A stretch of DNA of 64,000 nucleotides from Eledone cirrhosa (taxonomy: Eukaryota), in contig OZ024743.1 in assembly GCA_964016885.1 (NCBI GenBank), positions 264,492,001-264,556,000 of the forward strand. The letters run 5' to 3'. The translations under genes and the position numbers were made by a program. A model generated the notes under the pieces. That model saw only the letters and a list, made by a program, of their open reading frames with translations, ran no database searches and was not told where the DNA came from. Shown piece after piece: positions 1 to 13,048 of this stretch; position 1 is the first letter of the stretch; each line of letters begins with the position of its first letter.

Positions 1-901
1 TCAACATTATCCCGCATAAATGTTAATGGCGTAATTCGTGGACGCATGTGCTACAATCTCAAACATCTCCTTCAAGATGTATTAACAAAAATATTAGATA
101 TCTGGTCGAACAATTATAATCGACGAAGTGATAAGTCATGCACGAATATTCCGAGAAGAGATACATCCCTATCTGTTCGAGCAATGAATACATACGCAGT
201 ACGACGGTGGTATTTCCATGAAAACCCTATTTATAAGTGCATCTGAAGCAGTACGATCACTCACTCTACCTCGCATTGGAGCGAGCACGTCGAAAACGCT
301 ATACTGCATCCGCAACCATCAAAGACAAAAGAAATACACACACACACATAATACATGTTTGAGGAAAGAGTGCAACGAGTTTCCAGCCACGTCTGATACT
401 TACTTATTCTACAGTGGGCATAATGAAGTTTCCCAAGATATTCAATTCAAATTACCCAGTCGATCGAGAGTAACGTGAAGACAATCTAATAGTGTTGAGA
501 GAAGACAATTACAAGATGTTGTCTCCTTTAGCTACAACGACAGCGAAGAACCGTGAAAATAATTAACCCCATTCCTAACACAGATACAAAATAATTGATG
601 TGATCAGTTCAATATGTCACATTCGAGGTGTGGTATGTAATTAAAACTGCTATTGAAATTCTAGATGTGGAAATATTAGGTTAATTTCATATCAGTTTGC
701 AAGATCAGCTGTTTTAGAAAAACGCTCTGATGTAATCAATGTAATTTTACTATAACGTTTCAGTTACTTATTCGACTTAATATATTTAAAACATGTTTAG
801 AATTACTTAGCAAATACACATAAATTCGTACGCAAAAACTCACACATCCAGAGACTCACACACATACCCAGACACGCACACACATATATATGTAATATAC
901 C

Positions 902-902
<1 letters not shown>

Positions 903-979
<77 letters not shown>

Positions 980-1145
980 CATATGTATATATATATACAA
1001 TATACAAAGAATCGCTGCTTTCACCCTTAACGGGATCTTCTGAAACGGCGGTTCTTTGCTCAAACTTTAATCTATATACAATATACCTATATATATATAT
1101 AATATACATAAATAAATATATATATATGTATATGTATATATGTAC

Positions 1146-1178
<33 letters not shown>

Positions 1179-1435
1179 ATACACACACATACACGTATAC
1201 ATATATATATATGTATATACATATATATGTGTATATATATGTATATATATGTATATATATATATGTATATATATGTATATATATATATATGTATATAAAT
1301 GTATATGTATATACATTTATATATATATATATATTTGTATATATATATTTATATATATATATATATATATTTATATGTATATAAATGTATATGTATATAC
1401 ATTTATATATATATATATATTTGTATATATATACT

Positions 1436-1467
<32 letters not shown>

Positions 1468-1519
1468 AATGTATATGTATATACATTTATATATATATAT
1501 ATATTTGTATATATATATT

Positions 1520-1550
<31 letters not shown>

Positions 1551-1557
1551 TTATATA

Positions 1558-1615
<58 letters not shown>

Positions 1616-1642
1616 TTATATATATATATATATATTTATATA

Positions 1643-1706
<64 letters not shown>

Positions 1707-1715
1707 TAATATATA
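903..1715. repeat. (TA)n-rich microsatellite block
   Basis: Direct reading. It accounts for the IYIYIY ORFs. The Helitron 3' end abuts it. Confidence 0.95.
1006..1057 (-). ncRNA. Decayed hammerhead ribozyme remnant
   Basis: Minus strand AAAGAACCGCCGTTT-CAGAAGA-TCCC gttaa GGGT-GAAA-GC-AGCGATTCTTT. The core has U>A, stem III and the cleavage triplet are largely missing, and the flanks still pair. Confidence 0.4.
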
Positions 1716-1822
1716 CTAGACCACCCGTGACCCGTTGTGTCATGTTCACTTTAAAATAATTTTTAAATAATTAAAATATACTCAAAATGTATATATACGT
1801 GTATGTGTGTGTGTATATGTAC

Positions 1823-1872
<50 letters not shown>

Positions 1873-2509
1873 TTGTGTGTGTGGGTGTCTGTGGCCTATA
1901 TACATTGATTACAGACACACGCACAAATACATCCTGTCCTAACACAAGTTATAAGATACATATAACTTAATATTTAGTCACTAAATTCCAGCTAGATACA
2001 GTAATGCTGTATTCAATTCTTTGAAGTCACCTTTCATAATTTCATTCAACAACACCAACAGCTCTCTCCCTCTCTCTCTCTCACAGCGACTATCTGCGTT
2101 TGTATTCACATTTCAATGGTACCTTACTTTCAAAGAATTTTCTCATTATGCGCTGATTTGGTTATTTATAAAGGTACCCGAAAAAACCCGCGTATCTCGG
2201 GATCCCCTGGTCCGATTTACGCGAAACTTGTTTTTCACTGTATTATTCACAAGTATTTTCACAAAGAAAATATCAAATCATTTTTCACTAATAGCTATCC
2301 AATCACTCCACTTCAACATTCTTTTTCTATATCTCTATGGATGATTGACTGTTTGTTATGAAAGATTCTTTTGCTTAGAAAGTTGCAATGTTAATGAAAA
2401 GCAGGTTTTATTTACAAACATTTGAAAGAAATTATTCTTACTTGTCTTAGTTTTTCCTTTTCCTTTCATTTTCTGACATCGGAATCAAGAATTTTGCATA
2501 CATACGCTG

Positions 2510-5500
2510 TTACAGTTTGTTCAAAAGAATGCTTTTGATGACAACATTCTTAGTTGACTGGGTAACCTTCAGAAACTCTCTGACATTTTCTTTTCGTTTT
2601 CCGCGGCTAAGGGCTACATACAGTTGACCGTCTTGGTATACAGGTCGTTCCAGATAAACCAAGACGTTCTCCATAGTTTGTCCTTGTGCTTTATGAATAG
2701 TCAGGGCGAAGCACGATTGAACTGGGAATTGGCTTCTTTGTAAAGGGATATCCTCACCTTCGGATAGATTAATTCTTATTCTAGTTATCATAACGATCTC
2801 ATTTCTGAAAGCAGCAGTGATGATTCTTGCTACTATGTGATTGTCGTGCAGTTCTTCCACGATCATGTGCGTTCCATTACAAAGCCTTGGAGGATTCAAG
2901 TTTCTCATAAGAATTATTGGCGATCCTTTTTTTCAATTCCAAGTTATGTGGTGGCAGTCCTGATAGTTCAACAGAATCAAGGAATTCAATCAGGAAATGA
3001 GTGGCATTGGCACCTTCACTCACAGAATTATAGGATCGGTACTCTTTTATGGTTCCAGGGAAGCGTCTGATAGAGGTGGAATTGATGCTTCTCATCATTT
3101 CATTGAGAGGTACTAAGATGCAATTGTTCGAAAACACTTCAGCTGGATTGTCGAATGAGGGGTAGATGAAATCAATACATTCTTCCATAGTTGTTGCTTC
3201 GAGAACCATTTCTTTTGGCAAAATAATTTCCTCATTTTGAGTTTGTTTAATCTTATCTTCTCCAATATCTAATAGGAACTGTGAATAGTCTCCTGCTCCC
3301 ACACCCAATCGCATGTTTGTCTTCAACTGAAATATTTAGAAGCTTCGCCATAAGTAGGATTGTTTAATGCATGCGTTTTCCACGTCCGCTTCATTTCCCC
3401 TTTTCACTACCGGAATAAGCTGACGGAAATCGCCACAGCAAATTGTCAAATTTCCACCGAATGCGTCATTGTTGTCGCATATGTCACGCAGAGTGAGGTC
3501 AACAGCTTCGAAGCTTTCCCTCCGAATTATAGGACACTCATCCCAAATAATCAGCCTTGTATGCTGGTTTGCCGTCTTTGAGTTTTTATCAATGCTGCAC
3601 AGACCATTTTCTTTCACTACTATCGGTATTTTGAACCTAGAATGCGCTGTTCTTCCACCAGGCATCAGTGTTGCAACAATGCCAGATGACGCAACAGCAA
3701 TAGCCACGTCACCGTTTCCCCTAACTTTTGAAAGAATGTAGTTAATCAGGAAGGTCTTTCCTGTTCCACCTGCAGCGTCAATGAAAATCAATGCAGATGT
3801 GTTCATCTCTAAACTGTTACAAACGAAGTCATACACGTGTTTTTGTTCACTAATCAATAGAGGCTCCGTCTCTTCTACAAATCGTCGCTGCTCTTTTCTG
3901 GTGTATTGCAATTCATGCAATAACTCCAAATTGCCAATATCCTGATTGGCAACAATATTATTTGGCCTTGGCAACTTAAAGTCAATAATACTTTTGCCCA
4001 GGTCGTTAAGTTTGTCTTCAAAATACAGAAGAAATTGATCATAATGTCTCTCGCTAATCAAAAGGCTAGAGTTTCTGGGAGCCCTTTTTTCTATTTGAAA
4101 GTAATCCTCAGACAGCGAATGCTCAAATCGAATCCATAAAGCACTGGAATTGTCAATTTCCGTATTTGTGAGGAGCATGATGAATAGATCTCTCACGGCT
4201 TTGGGAAGCCTTGTTCACTCAGCATCTTCCAAAGTCTGCTGCCAATGATCATCCGATTGAAGCAAACCTTTCTCTCTGCAGACGTCTTTGAATAATGGCA
4301 GGAGTTCTCCATCACACATTTTCAAAGATTTGAAGGATACTGGCCGTTTGACGTGATGCAGAAGGACTCTTAAATAATACAGGTCACCACTTCGTGGAGA
4401 AACAGTGTATACTCGTCCCAAAACGTTCGCCTCAAAAATCCCTGGATACTGCTCAACTGTTTTCCACACCTTTCTCCTTTCCCATCTCTTATTACTCCAA
4501 GTGTAAAACTTTGGGACATCGGCATAATACAATGTTTTTGCAAACGGATCGCGATCGCCAAGATCCATGAACTCAGTCAGAGTCGTCTTAGCCATGTTAT
4601 TGTTTACTTTAACAGCAGCATTGACCCGAAAGAATATTTGATTTTCCACAGGTAGATGAACTTGAGGGCGAACTACGGCCGGTTCTCTCATGAATTGGAA
4701 ATCCAAGTACCAAGGCAACATCTTCTGAAGAACCGATATATCTTCCTGTTAAATACTGTATTATCTCATCTTCCCTGTTCACTCCAAACATTGTCTGATC
4801 ACTGCCCTTCATCGTATATTTGATAACGTATTTGATCGATTTCATGGAAGAGCACATCTCTACGTTTAGGTGGTAATTGAACCACCCATTACGAAGTTAT
4901 ATTTCGGCTTCCCCTTCCTTCTTGGTGCCCCTCAAATCCTCCCATTCCTGGGGACCGTCTTCTGTACACGGGAAAATAGTCCTTTCCACAATGTATATTC
5001 ATTGAAAGGCTTAGGCTACCGCTTACTGCACGTTCCATCTTTCCAACACGGCGAATTGTTAGAGCAATTCGGACCGTGGATCATGAGCTTCAGCACCAAT
5101 TCATGACCCTCTGGATCTTTGTTTGGATCTGGTATTTCTGATTGAACAAATTTATCATATTCCTGCGGTCTGGGCTTGGAGGCTTCATTGAGCCATAGCA
5201 AACAGTGCACATGAGGAAGACCTCGCTTTTGATATTCGACAGTCAGCACGTAAGCAATGCACTTGCCAAATAGGCCATCTACTCCAGTAAGATACTTTCT
5301 TAACAGTTTTCGCTTCAGGTCAAATACGCTGGCAATTAAATCTGGCCTGTCATGTGGCTTCTGATTCAGGAATAGGTTTTGCCGGATTTCAGGCCAGTTT
5401 GGATTACATGTCATTGTGATGAAGAACGAAGGATTGCCGTACTTCCGTATGTACATCATGGCATCCTAGCATATCTCCATCATATATCTCGGTCCACCGA

Positions 5501-6870
5501 CAAATGTGGAGGAGAGTATGATTCGCCTGCCAATATTGCGAAAATCGTCATCATCATTCAATGCGTCAGTAGATCACAATGATGTTTGATTCATTCGCAT
5601 GTATTGCAGTCTATCTCCTTCAATATTCGCAGCTATGTCAACCAAATATTCCTGAAATAAACGGCCGCCTCTAAGAAGTTTGTTGAATTCATTGTCATGG
5701 TTCAGTATTCGACAGGCATAGTAGCGCATTGACGTCAACTTCTTGTTGTTGCTCATTAACAGCTCATGATGCCATCAGCCATCGCCAAAAGGAAAAAATA
5801 GAACATACTGCAAACTGTCATAGGACCGATGGGACTCTGAGATTATTTGCAATTGTCCGCCTTTTTCTTTCAACACAATGTGCCATGCTTTTGCTTGAAG
5901 TTCGGTGCTGTTTTGTATAATAATGGCAACTTCGTTTGCAGTTTTGCATTGAATCTTCTCTCATGTTCCATTGCTGCTCTCTTATCAAGATCAATAATAA
6001 TCGAAGCTTCGGGAATATTTTTAATTTGTTCTTTTGACATTTGAAATAAAGCAATGTCTGAGTATTGTTTCCAATAATTCAACTATGTCGCGCTAAATGC
6101 CATCGTTATGGAGTATCCTGATCCTCAAATAAACACTATCCTGAGGATCCAAGAAGTAAATTTGAAGAAATTGGGGTTCTTCGTTGGGATTAGAGGTTAA
6201 GGAACCGATGTAATGATGAATTTGACCATGAATAACGATAGAATGATTTCATCCTCTCCTTGTGGAACGAACTTCTTCAGCCCCAAAAGATGTCATTTGG
6301 AACAGGCAGTTGTATTGTCTGAGGTTCTCCCTGAACTCGTTTGTCCTAGGTTGATCAGTACTAAATAAACTGTGAAGTTCCTGGGGTAATGGCTGTAGAT
6401 TACCCAACCTGACTTTTCCATTCATACAGCAAAAGTTAGCAGTTTCACCATGAAAAAGCATTGTGTGACAACATACACATATCTTATTCATCTGTCCAAC
6501 ATCAGCTGATAGGTCACGTCGTTGAACTGTCCTTGCTCAATCCCTAATGGTTTGTTGGCAAATACGTTCAGTTCTCCGAGCGTCCGATTCACGATCTCTC
6601 CTTCTTCTGTCTCTTTCCCTCTGTTCCGCCAGACGCTCAAATCTCCAACCATCCGATTCATGATCTCTCCTGCTTCTGTCTCTTTACCTCTCTTCCGCCA
6701 GACGCGCAGCCCTTGCTTTATCAGTCTCATCGACTCTTCTATTCGCATGCCTGTCCCGATCTTGTTGGCGTTGACCACCATCTTGCTCACCTTCTTCGGC
6801 TCTCCTTAGCCGTGCTTTCTTTCCACTATCGATAGACCAACCAGATGTTTTCTTTCTTCCTATTACCTCA
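2510..6870 (-). pseudogene. Helitron Rep/PIF1-like helicase, broken by stops and frameshifts
   Basis: Zn-binding CVCC..CCMNGKV; Rep motifs FITMTCNP, VEYQKRGLPHVHCLL (HUH) and IKYVIKYTMKG; helicase motifs AAGGTGKTFL, IWDEC, CGDFRQL, LTIHKAQGQT and GQLYVALSR, spread over about 8 ORF pieces. Confidence 0.95.
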
Positions 6871-6889
6871 ACAAATATTTTCTTTAAAT

Positions 6890-7450
6890 CATCATTTAGA
6901 AATATTTCTAAATAATGAAAATATTGTCTGTTTAAACAACTCGTATTTTTCAAATCATATTCACTTAAAAAACACATATTAATAATTAAAATATTCATTT
7001 TAAAGAATGCTGAAATATATATACTCAATGTACAAATAATTTGTAATTTTTTAAAGTCATTTTCACTTAAGAATATTTTTTAAATATGCCAATAAATATT
7101 TTTTCCATCGTATTCCTTGAAAATAATAAAAAAAAAAAAAATGAACATATTGTCTATGTAAATAAAGTTATTTGTGAAATCAAATTCACTTTAAAATATT
7201 TCTAAATAATTGAAATATTCTTTTTAACAAAAGCCAAAATATAAACAGCTACTGTTTAACACCAACTGGTATTTTTCAGTGATATTCACTTAATGCTTTT
7301 CTGATAATTAAAATATCGTCTGTTTAAAGAAAGCTTGAATATAGATACTTGAAGTACAAACAACTTGTAGTTTTGAAATCATATTCACTGAGAAATCATT
7401 GAAATATTTAAAAAAAATAATTATTAAACTATTTTCATCATTCGAGAAAT
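6890..7450. repeat. Degenerate ~100-bp AT-rich tandem repeat inside the Helitron 5' region
   Basis: Recurring aaatcatattcactt...aataattaaaatatt motif near 6950, 7060, 7180, 7280 and 7380, with a related copy at ~1745. Confidence 0.6.
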
Positions 7451-7574
7451 ATTTTTATGTCGATTTACGTCAAAACTGTTTTATCCCCATTTCAGGGTTA
7501 TATCACTTACAGGGCTATTTTTCCATTATGCACCGTTTTGGCTATTTCCGAAGATATCCTACACACACACACAT

Positions 7575-7621
<47 letters not shown>

Positions 7622-8309
7622 TCTAACTTAAGTACTGTTACACACACATACACACACACATTATCTAAGTACGTAAACACATGCACTAGCACACATACAC
7701 ATACAGATACACACGGTGGCAGTATAAGAAAGGGAGAGAAAGAAATGACGTTATGGATAGGAGGGAGAGTTAAAATAAATAAAAGTTAAAGACGCTGTCT
7801 CTTTCCTTATCTGTCATCCCCTCTCTCTCTCTCATCCCCTCACTCTCTCTCTTTCTCTCTTTCACCCCGTCTCTCTTTCTCTCTTTCACCCCCTCTCTGT
7901 CTCTTTTACCTACAGAATGGACAACCAAAAAACAAACGGATTATTTCTTTCGATATTCATTATAAAATAAGTTAAATTGAATTTAGATGAATTCCTTGCT
8001 ATTTTTGGAAAATTGAAAATATTGTCCATGTGCGATTTACGGCAAACTTGTTTTATTCAGAGTATTTCCTCATTATGCAATGTTTTGGCTATTTACGAAG
8101 TTTTGCAGGTTTATGTTAATTTCGAGGTATTTTCCCAGTATGCACCGTTGTGGCTATTTACGAAGGTACCCCCAAAACCGCGAATCTCGGGAAACTGGGG
8201 TGAGATTTTCGCGAAACTTGTTTTATCACAATTTGTATTCCCATTTCAGAGGCAACTTGCTTTCAAAGTATTTACCCATTATGCGCCTTTTGGCTGTACT
8301 ACATAACAG

Positions 8310-8346
<37 letters not shown>

Positions 8347-8423
8347 ATCAGAGTGTTAGTAGTATATATATATATATATCACATAAACATAAATATATAA
8401 TTGGTGGTTCAGTAGATTCGTAG

Positions 8424-8474
8424 TCTACTGAGGATGGTACCAAATCAGAACTCTATACAACGGTAGAGTGTATA
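8424..8474 (+). ncRNA. Decayed hammerhead ribozyme interrupted by a SINE
   Basis: TCTA-CTGAGGA-TGGT accaa ATCA-GAA-CTCTA tacaacgg TAGAG-TG. One A of GAAA is missing and the triplet is GUG. Confidence 0.5.
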
Positions 8475-8478
8475 TAAT

Positions 8479-8664
8479 TGTTTCTACTTTAGGCACAAGG
8501 CCAGCAATTACCCAGTCCATTACTGGTACTTTATTTTATCGAACCCGTAATGATGAAAGGCAAAGTCAACCTCGGCGGGATTTGAACTCAGATTGTAAAG
8601 GGACGTAACTATGCTCGAAAGCATGGCGTCTGACCCTCTACGGATACTGCCAATCCACCGCCTT
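8479..8664 (-). mobile_element. tRNA-derived SINE (octopus OK-type), full length
   Basis: Minus strand A-box-like TGGCAGTATCCG and B box GAGTTCAAATCC. 12-bp TSD AGTGTATATAAT at 8467-8478 and 8665-8676. Homologous to 36055-36229. Confidence 0.9.
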
Positions 8665-8736
8665 AGTGTATATAATGAAGAGTGTATATAATGAAGTCAA
8701 AGCGAGGTTTCACATGAAGGTCATTATTTATTACAC

Positions 8737-8824
8737 ACATTTACGACCGATTCACAGATGGGTGTTCGGGATCTATGTAAATGTTATATAGCCAATTCTA
8801 TCCCGACCTGCTCATCAGACATGT
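8737..8824 (-). ncRNA. Hammerhead ribozyme with long stem II, one core mutation
   Basis: ACATGT-CTGATGA-GCAGGT..(TCGGGAT/ATCCCGA)..ATCTGT-GAAT-CGGTCG-TA-AATGT, then AATAAA. GAAA has become GAAT. Confidence 0.65.
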
Positions 8825-8886
8825 TAATCAAGCAAGGCCAAAATCTCATCGTATATATTTATATATATATATATATATATATATAG

Positions 8887-9060
<174 letters not shown>

Positions 9061-9284
9061 AGAATCGCGTACATGAAAGGTCAAGGAAAATCTGCTCAAT
9101 CTAATGCTAGAGAGCTTATTTAATAAAAAACAAGTTTCATACACTTAATATGCGGTGATGGCATAATTGAACCCAGAAAACCAATGGTCGCACATACATT
9201 TTAATGTTATGAAACTTTGTTTGTAGCACGTAAATATATATATATATATAGTGTGGGTCCATAACTCCTATGGATTAACTTGAG

Positions 9285-9555
9285 CCATATTTATTTTATT
9301 ATATATATTTCAAGGGTACCAAGACAACATTGGTACGCTTTTATAAAATAAAATACAAAGTTTGTTTTATAAATAGAGACGTGTCCATTAAAATCATACC
9401 TTATCGGTTGGAAATTCACAGTGAATTTCCAACCGATAAGGTATGATTTTCATGGGTACGTCACTATTTATGAAACAAACTTTGTAATTTATCTGATGAA
9501 AGTGTACCAATGTTGTCTTGGTACCCTTGAAATATATATAATAACATAAATATGG
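9285..9555. repeat. Fold-back palindrome of a PLE terminal repeat (135-bp arms)
   Basis: Symmetry centre at 9420 (GAAATTCAC-A-GTGAATTTC). The right arm is homologous to the PLE 3' end at ~43358-43480. Confidence 0.9.
9489..9544 (+). ncRNA. Type I hammerhead ribozyme
   Basis: TTAT-CTGATGA-AAG t GTACCAA tgttgtc TTGGTAC c CTT-GAAA-TATATA-TA-ATAA. The mirror copy in the left arm has lost CUGAUGA. Confidence 0.85.
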
Positions 9556-9677
9556 TTTTATAAATATAGTTTCTATTTATTTAATATCGTTGAATATTTA
9601 CTACAGTAACTTGTTGAATGCTCTAAATCAGTTATAAACATTTATATTTGTCGGCCTTCCAACAAATTAAATACCCC

Positions 9678-9727
<50 letters not shown>

Positions 9728-9746
9728 AGAGAGAGAGAGAGATAGA

Positions 9747-9875
9747 ATTGAGGACCGATTAAGTTAGATCGCAGATATAAAAGACAGCGAGAAGCGAAAA
9801 CCAACCAAACAGTGAGTGTGTTCTGTTATTAATTCTGGCAATATTACACAAATATGACCCTCCCCAAGTATAACA

Positions 9876-9878
<3 letters not shown>
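9747..9878 (+). repeat. Solo PLE 3'-terminal fragment
   Basis: Near-identical to 51113-51250 and to the reverse complement of 50231-50368. Ends in (TA)n. Confidence 0.85.
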
Positions 9879-9935
<57 letters not shown>

Positions 9936-9938
<3 letters not shown>

Positions 9939-12733
9939 GCCATGAACAGATCAAGCCTCACCAGAAAGGCGGTTGATATAATACTAGTAGCTAGGAAAAC
10001 TTTACTACAATTTGACGGTAAATTGTTGGAACGACAGAATAGACCAGATAGATTCGACATTACAATGGGGTCGACCGACTCCGCAGAGGTTACCGATATA
10101 GTAGGCCTATACCTCCTAAATATATTAACATATGAGATGCCCACCATGGGCGGTGGCTTGTACCGTGACGACGCCTTACTAATAGTCAGTGGACTCAATA
10201 ATAGCCAATAAGATAGACTACACAAACGGCTTAGATATATCTTTACGACCCAAGAATTATCGGTAGAAATAGAACCCAACAGTACGACAGTAAACTTCTT
10301 AGACCTCACTTTTGACACAGGTCTCTACCGCCCTTACCATAAAGCAAATGAACACCTCAAATATGTCAACAGACACTCCAACCACCCTATGAGCAAAATT
10401 AACGCAATAATTAAAAGCGTTTCTTATAGCGTGTCCACCCTGTCGGCAAATAGAACTATCTTCAACCAGCACGCGGAATACTATAACTGCACACTTGAAA
10501 AGGCTGGTTACATTGAGAAGATATGTTACAACGACCCAACTAGAACCGCAACCCCACTAAACATAATCAGACCCTTAGAAACGCACATAGACTAGGACAC
10601 CACACCTAGAACAAATACTAACCCAACACACTCCTTAGCCGGCAGGACAGGCAGCGTTACACACAATTGCCAACGAGATAAAGCTATAATCTCCAACACC
10701 AATAAGGACTCTGATTATCGCACGCGTATACGTAGTAATAGAGATCCAAGACATAACGCCAATAGAATATTTGGAACCCCTATGACATATACGCCTGACC
10801 AAAACGCACCCACTCAACCACCAAATCAAAACAACCACACTAAACACCATAAAGCCCGAAGTAGACCTGTGACATGGTACAACGCACCGTACTATAGCCA
10901 AGTTGCCACCAATATACCGGGGACCTTCTCCAGAGCTCTGGAACAATCATTCCCACACACATAAATACCACAAGCTCTTCGATAGACACACTGTCAAAAT
11001 CTCTTTCTCTACAGCACCAAATCTAGGCGCCACGATAGCACACACTAATAGGACAAAAATACGCAAACACATGGTAGCTCCACAACAAACCACTAGCAGA
11101 TCCCAGAACGAAACCACACACACAGCACAACACAACAACCCACATGCAGTTCCACACAGAATACGAAAAACCGACAACGTGCCATCAAACAGGTAATCCC
11201 CAACTGCAATTGCAAAAAGCGGGTAGATTGCCCACTAAATGAGGAGTGCCTCGTTGAAAACATTATTTACCGGTGCGATGTCACAGCTGGCAGAAAAGAG
11301 TATCCTATATAGGTGCGACCTTGATTACGTTTAAGGACCGTTGGTATAACCATAAAAGCTCATTTAAACACAGGATCAAACGATCCCAAAATAGACTGGC
11401 CGACTTGATCTGGGACCTCAAAGACAAGAACATCGAAATCCAGATCATATGGTCAGTTAAAAGACGCGTGACCCAACTCCCCAGCGACAGAAACCACTGC
11501 AGGCTATATCTGGCCGAGACGGCTGAGATCATTAAATTGAAATCTGCCATAAATTCTAGGTCTGACATAATTATAAATTGTAGACACACCACGTTGAACA
11601 CCTTCTCTGCACAAACATTCGGCCGAGGGCCAAACACTAACTCTGATTCAACATAATGATAAACACCTTGCCTTGCCACACCGTCCCTCATCTCAGTGCA
11701 TTTGTCTTATATAACATGTAACCCTTTGTAAGTTCAGATTTTGTAAATATCATGTCGCTTCCATCACCCCCAGCAACAGACACATTGCCATATATCCCTC
11801 ATCACAGTACCATTGTATTCTATCTGTCCTCTCTGTCAGGTTTTACCTTGTAAACCTTCGTAACATCCGATCTTGTAAATATAATGTCGAACATATCACT
11901 CCGTCGCCACCACCACCACCATCACCATACACGTCGCTATACGTCAACCATTCTTCATTCACAACCTTGTTTTCCCCGTGTTCCCTATGTCATTTTTTAA
12001 CCTGTAATCCATCGTACAATTCGATCCTGTAAATATTTTGTCGCTCCCACCACCACCGCCACCAACAGGCACATCTACATACTTCAACAATCATCAACAT
12101 CACCAACACATATCCCTCCCTAAACAACGCATGTGTGTGTGTCTGTGTGTAACTATATTTATTTGTACAACGCCATCTCCACTGGCTCTCTCTTTATATA
12201 TATATATATATATATACACATGTGTATGTATACAACCTATTTGTCAGAATAAGTGTGTCTATGTGTATCTCCTTATTGAAATTGACACCACCAACACTTT
12301 CATCACGCCACCATAAACACCATTACCACAAACAACAACACGACACTCACACCACGCACAAAAATCAGCCTCAGCTACATACCAATCAGTCTACCGATAA
12401 CCAGCACCGCCAACGCCGCCGCCCACTTCAGCCTGCGACCGTCACTACCATCTTATCACCACCCCACCCCCCATATACACTACAGGCAAAAACATCGCTA
12501 TGAATTAATCCACCAACAAAACAAAATGTATTGACCAACATATGAACTTGTGACTTTATCATAGAAAATGTATTCATGCTCTACTAGCATTACAAGGGGT
12601 CCGACGACGGCAGATTACAGAGTCGGGTAAGATCGATACAGATCGAACCTTGAGCTGATCAGTGGCGAAACGCGCGTCACGAATAAATAAATGTAATGAA
12701 GGAGTAACCAATCGTCCTTGTTATCTTTTCACT
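9936..12733 (+). mobile_element. 5'-truncated Penelope-like element (Naiad-like RT + GIY-YIG), decayed
   Basis: FDITMGSTDSAEVTDIVGLY, GLYRDD, VNFLDLT, WYNAPYYS, CNCKKRVDCPLNEECL, SYIGAT..FKDRWYNH, CRH. Contains stops and frameshifts, a long 3' UTR with decayed HHR and AATAAA, and (TA)n at both ends. Confidence 0.9.
12598..12680 (+). ncRNA. Decayed PLE hammerhead ribozyme
   Basis: GGT-CCGACGA-(long stem II)-GAAA-CGCGCG-TC-AC, then AATAAA at 12682. Core U>C. Confidence 0.55.
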
Positions 12734-12860
12734 ATATATATATACACACGGCACTGAACAGAATTGCTTCCACATCATTCATTCTCATCTCGGGAACAAT
12801 TTTGAATAGCGCCAGTTCGTAATTCGAACTCGGGAATTTTATATTCTCCGAGTGAAAAGA

Positions 12861-12947
12861 ACCTTCTGACGAGAGTTTATCTTTTCAATGGAGGCCCGCA
12901 AAGACTATCCATTTATTTTTGAGACTCGAAACCATTTCGGTAAAGGT
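12861..12947 (+). ncRNA. Type I hammerhead ribozyme, intact core, extended stem II
   Basis: ACCTT-CTGACGA-GAGTTT..(AATGGA/TCCATT)..AGACTC-GAAA-CC atttc GG-TA-AAGGT. GUA cleavage triplet. Lies in a short non-coding unit (~12745-13015) between TA tracts. Confidence 0.88.
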
Positions 12948-13011
12948 AACAATAGTAAGTACAGTGAATGTTTTGAAATTTATTTTGAAACTTTTTCATT
13001 TGCTAAACCTT

Positions 13012-13048
<37 letters not shown>

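Larger units (their letters stand above)
1716..8368 (-). mobile_element. Full-length decayed autonomous Helitron
   Basis: 3' end reads ...CACGGGTGGT-CTAG|T (CTAG at 1716-1719) with a short hairpin at 1726-1744. The 5' end near 8368 is followed by a (CTTG)n microsatellite. It encloses Rep-helicase remnants and both ends sit in (TA)n. Confidence 0.88.

Noticed and set aside
1-480. ORFs at the window start; INVNG peptide reminiscent of an L1 endonuclease N-terminus
   Set aside because: No further endonuclease motifs (QETH, GDFN, SDH) follow, so the evidence is insufficient.
803-1945. Long IYIY/CVCV/HTHT ORFs here and at 8781-9144, 31458-32545, 39788-40242 and elsewhere
   Set aside because: These are translations of (TA)n/(TG)n microsatellites, not genes.
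11200-11600. Selenocysteine recoding, as described for some Naiad PLEs
   Set aside because: Conserved Cys positions in the zinc-binding/GIY-YIG regions here and at 41645-42030 are TGC/TGT (one TAT), with no in-frame TGA.
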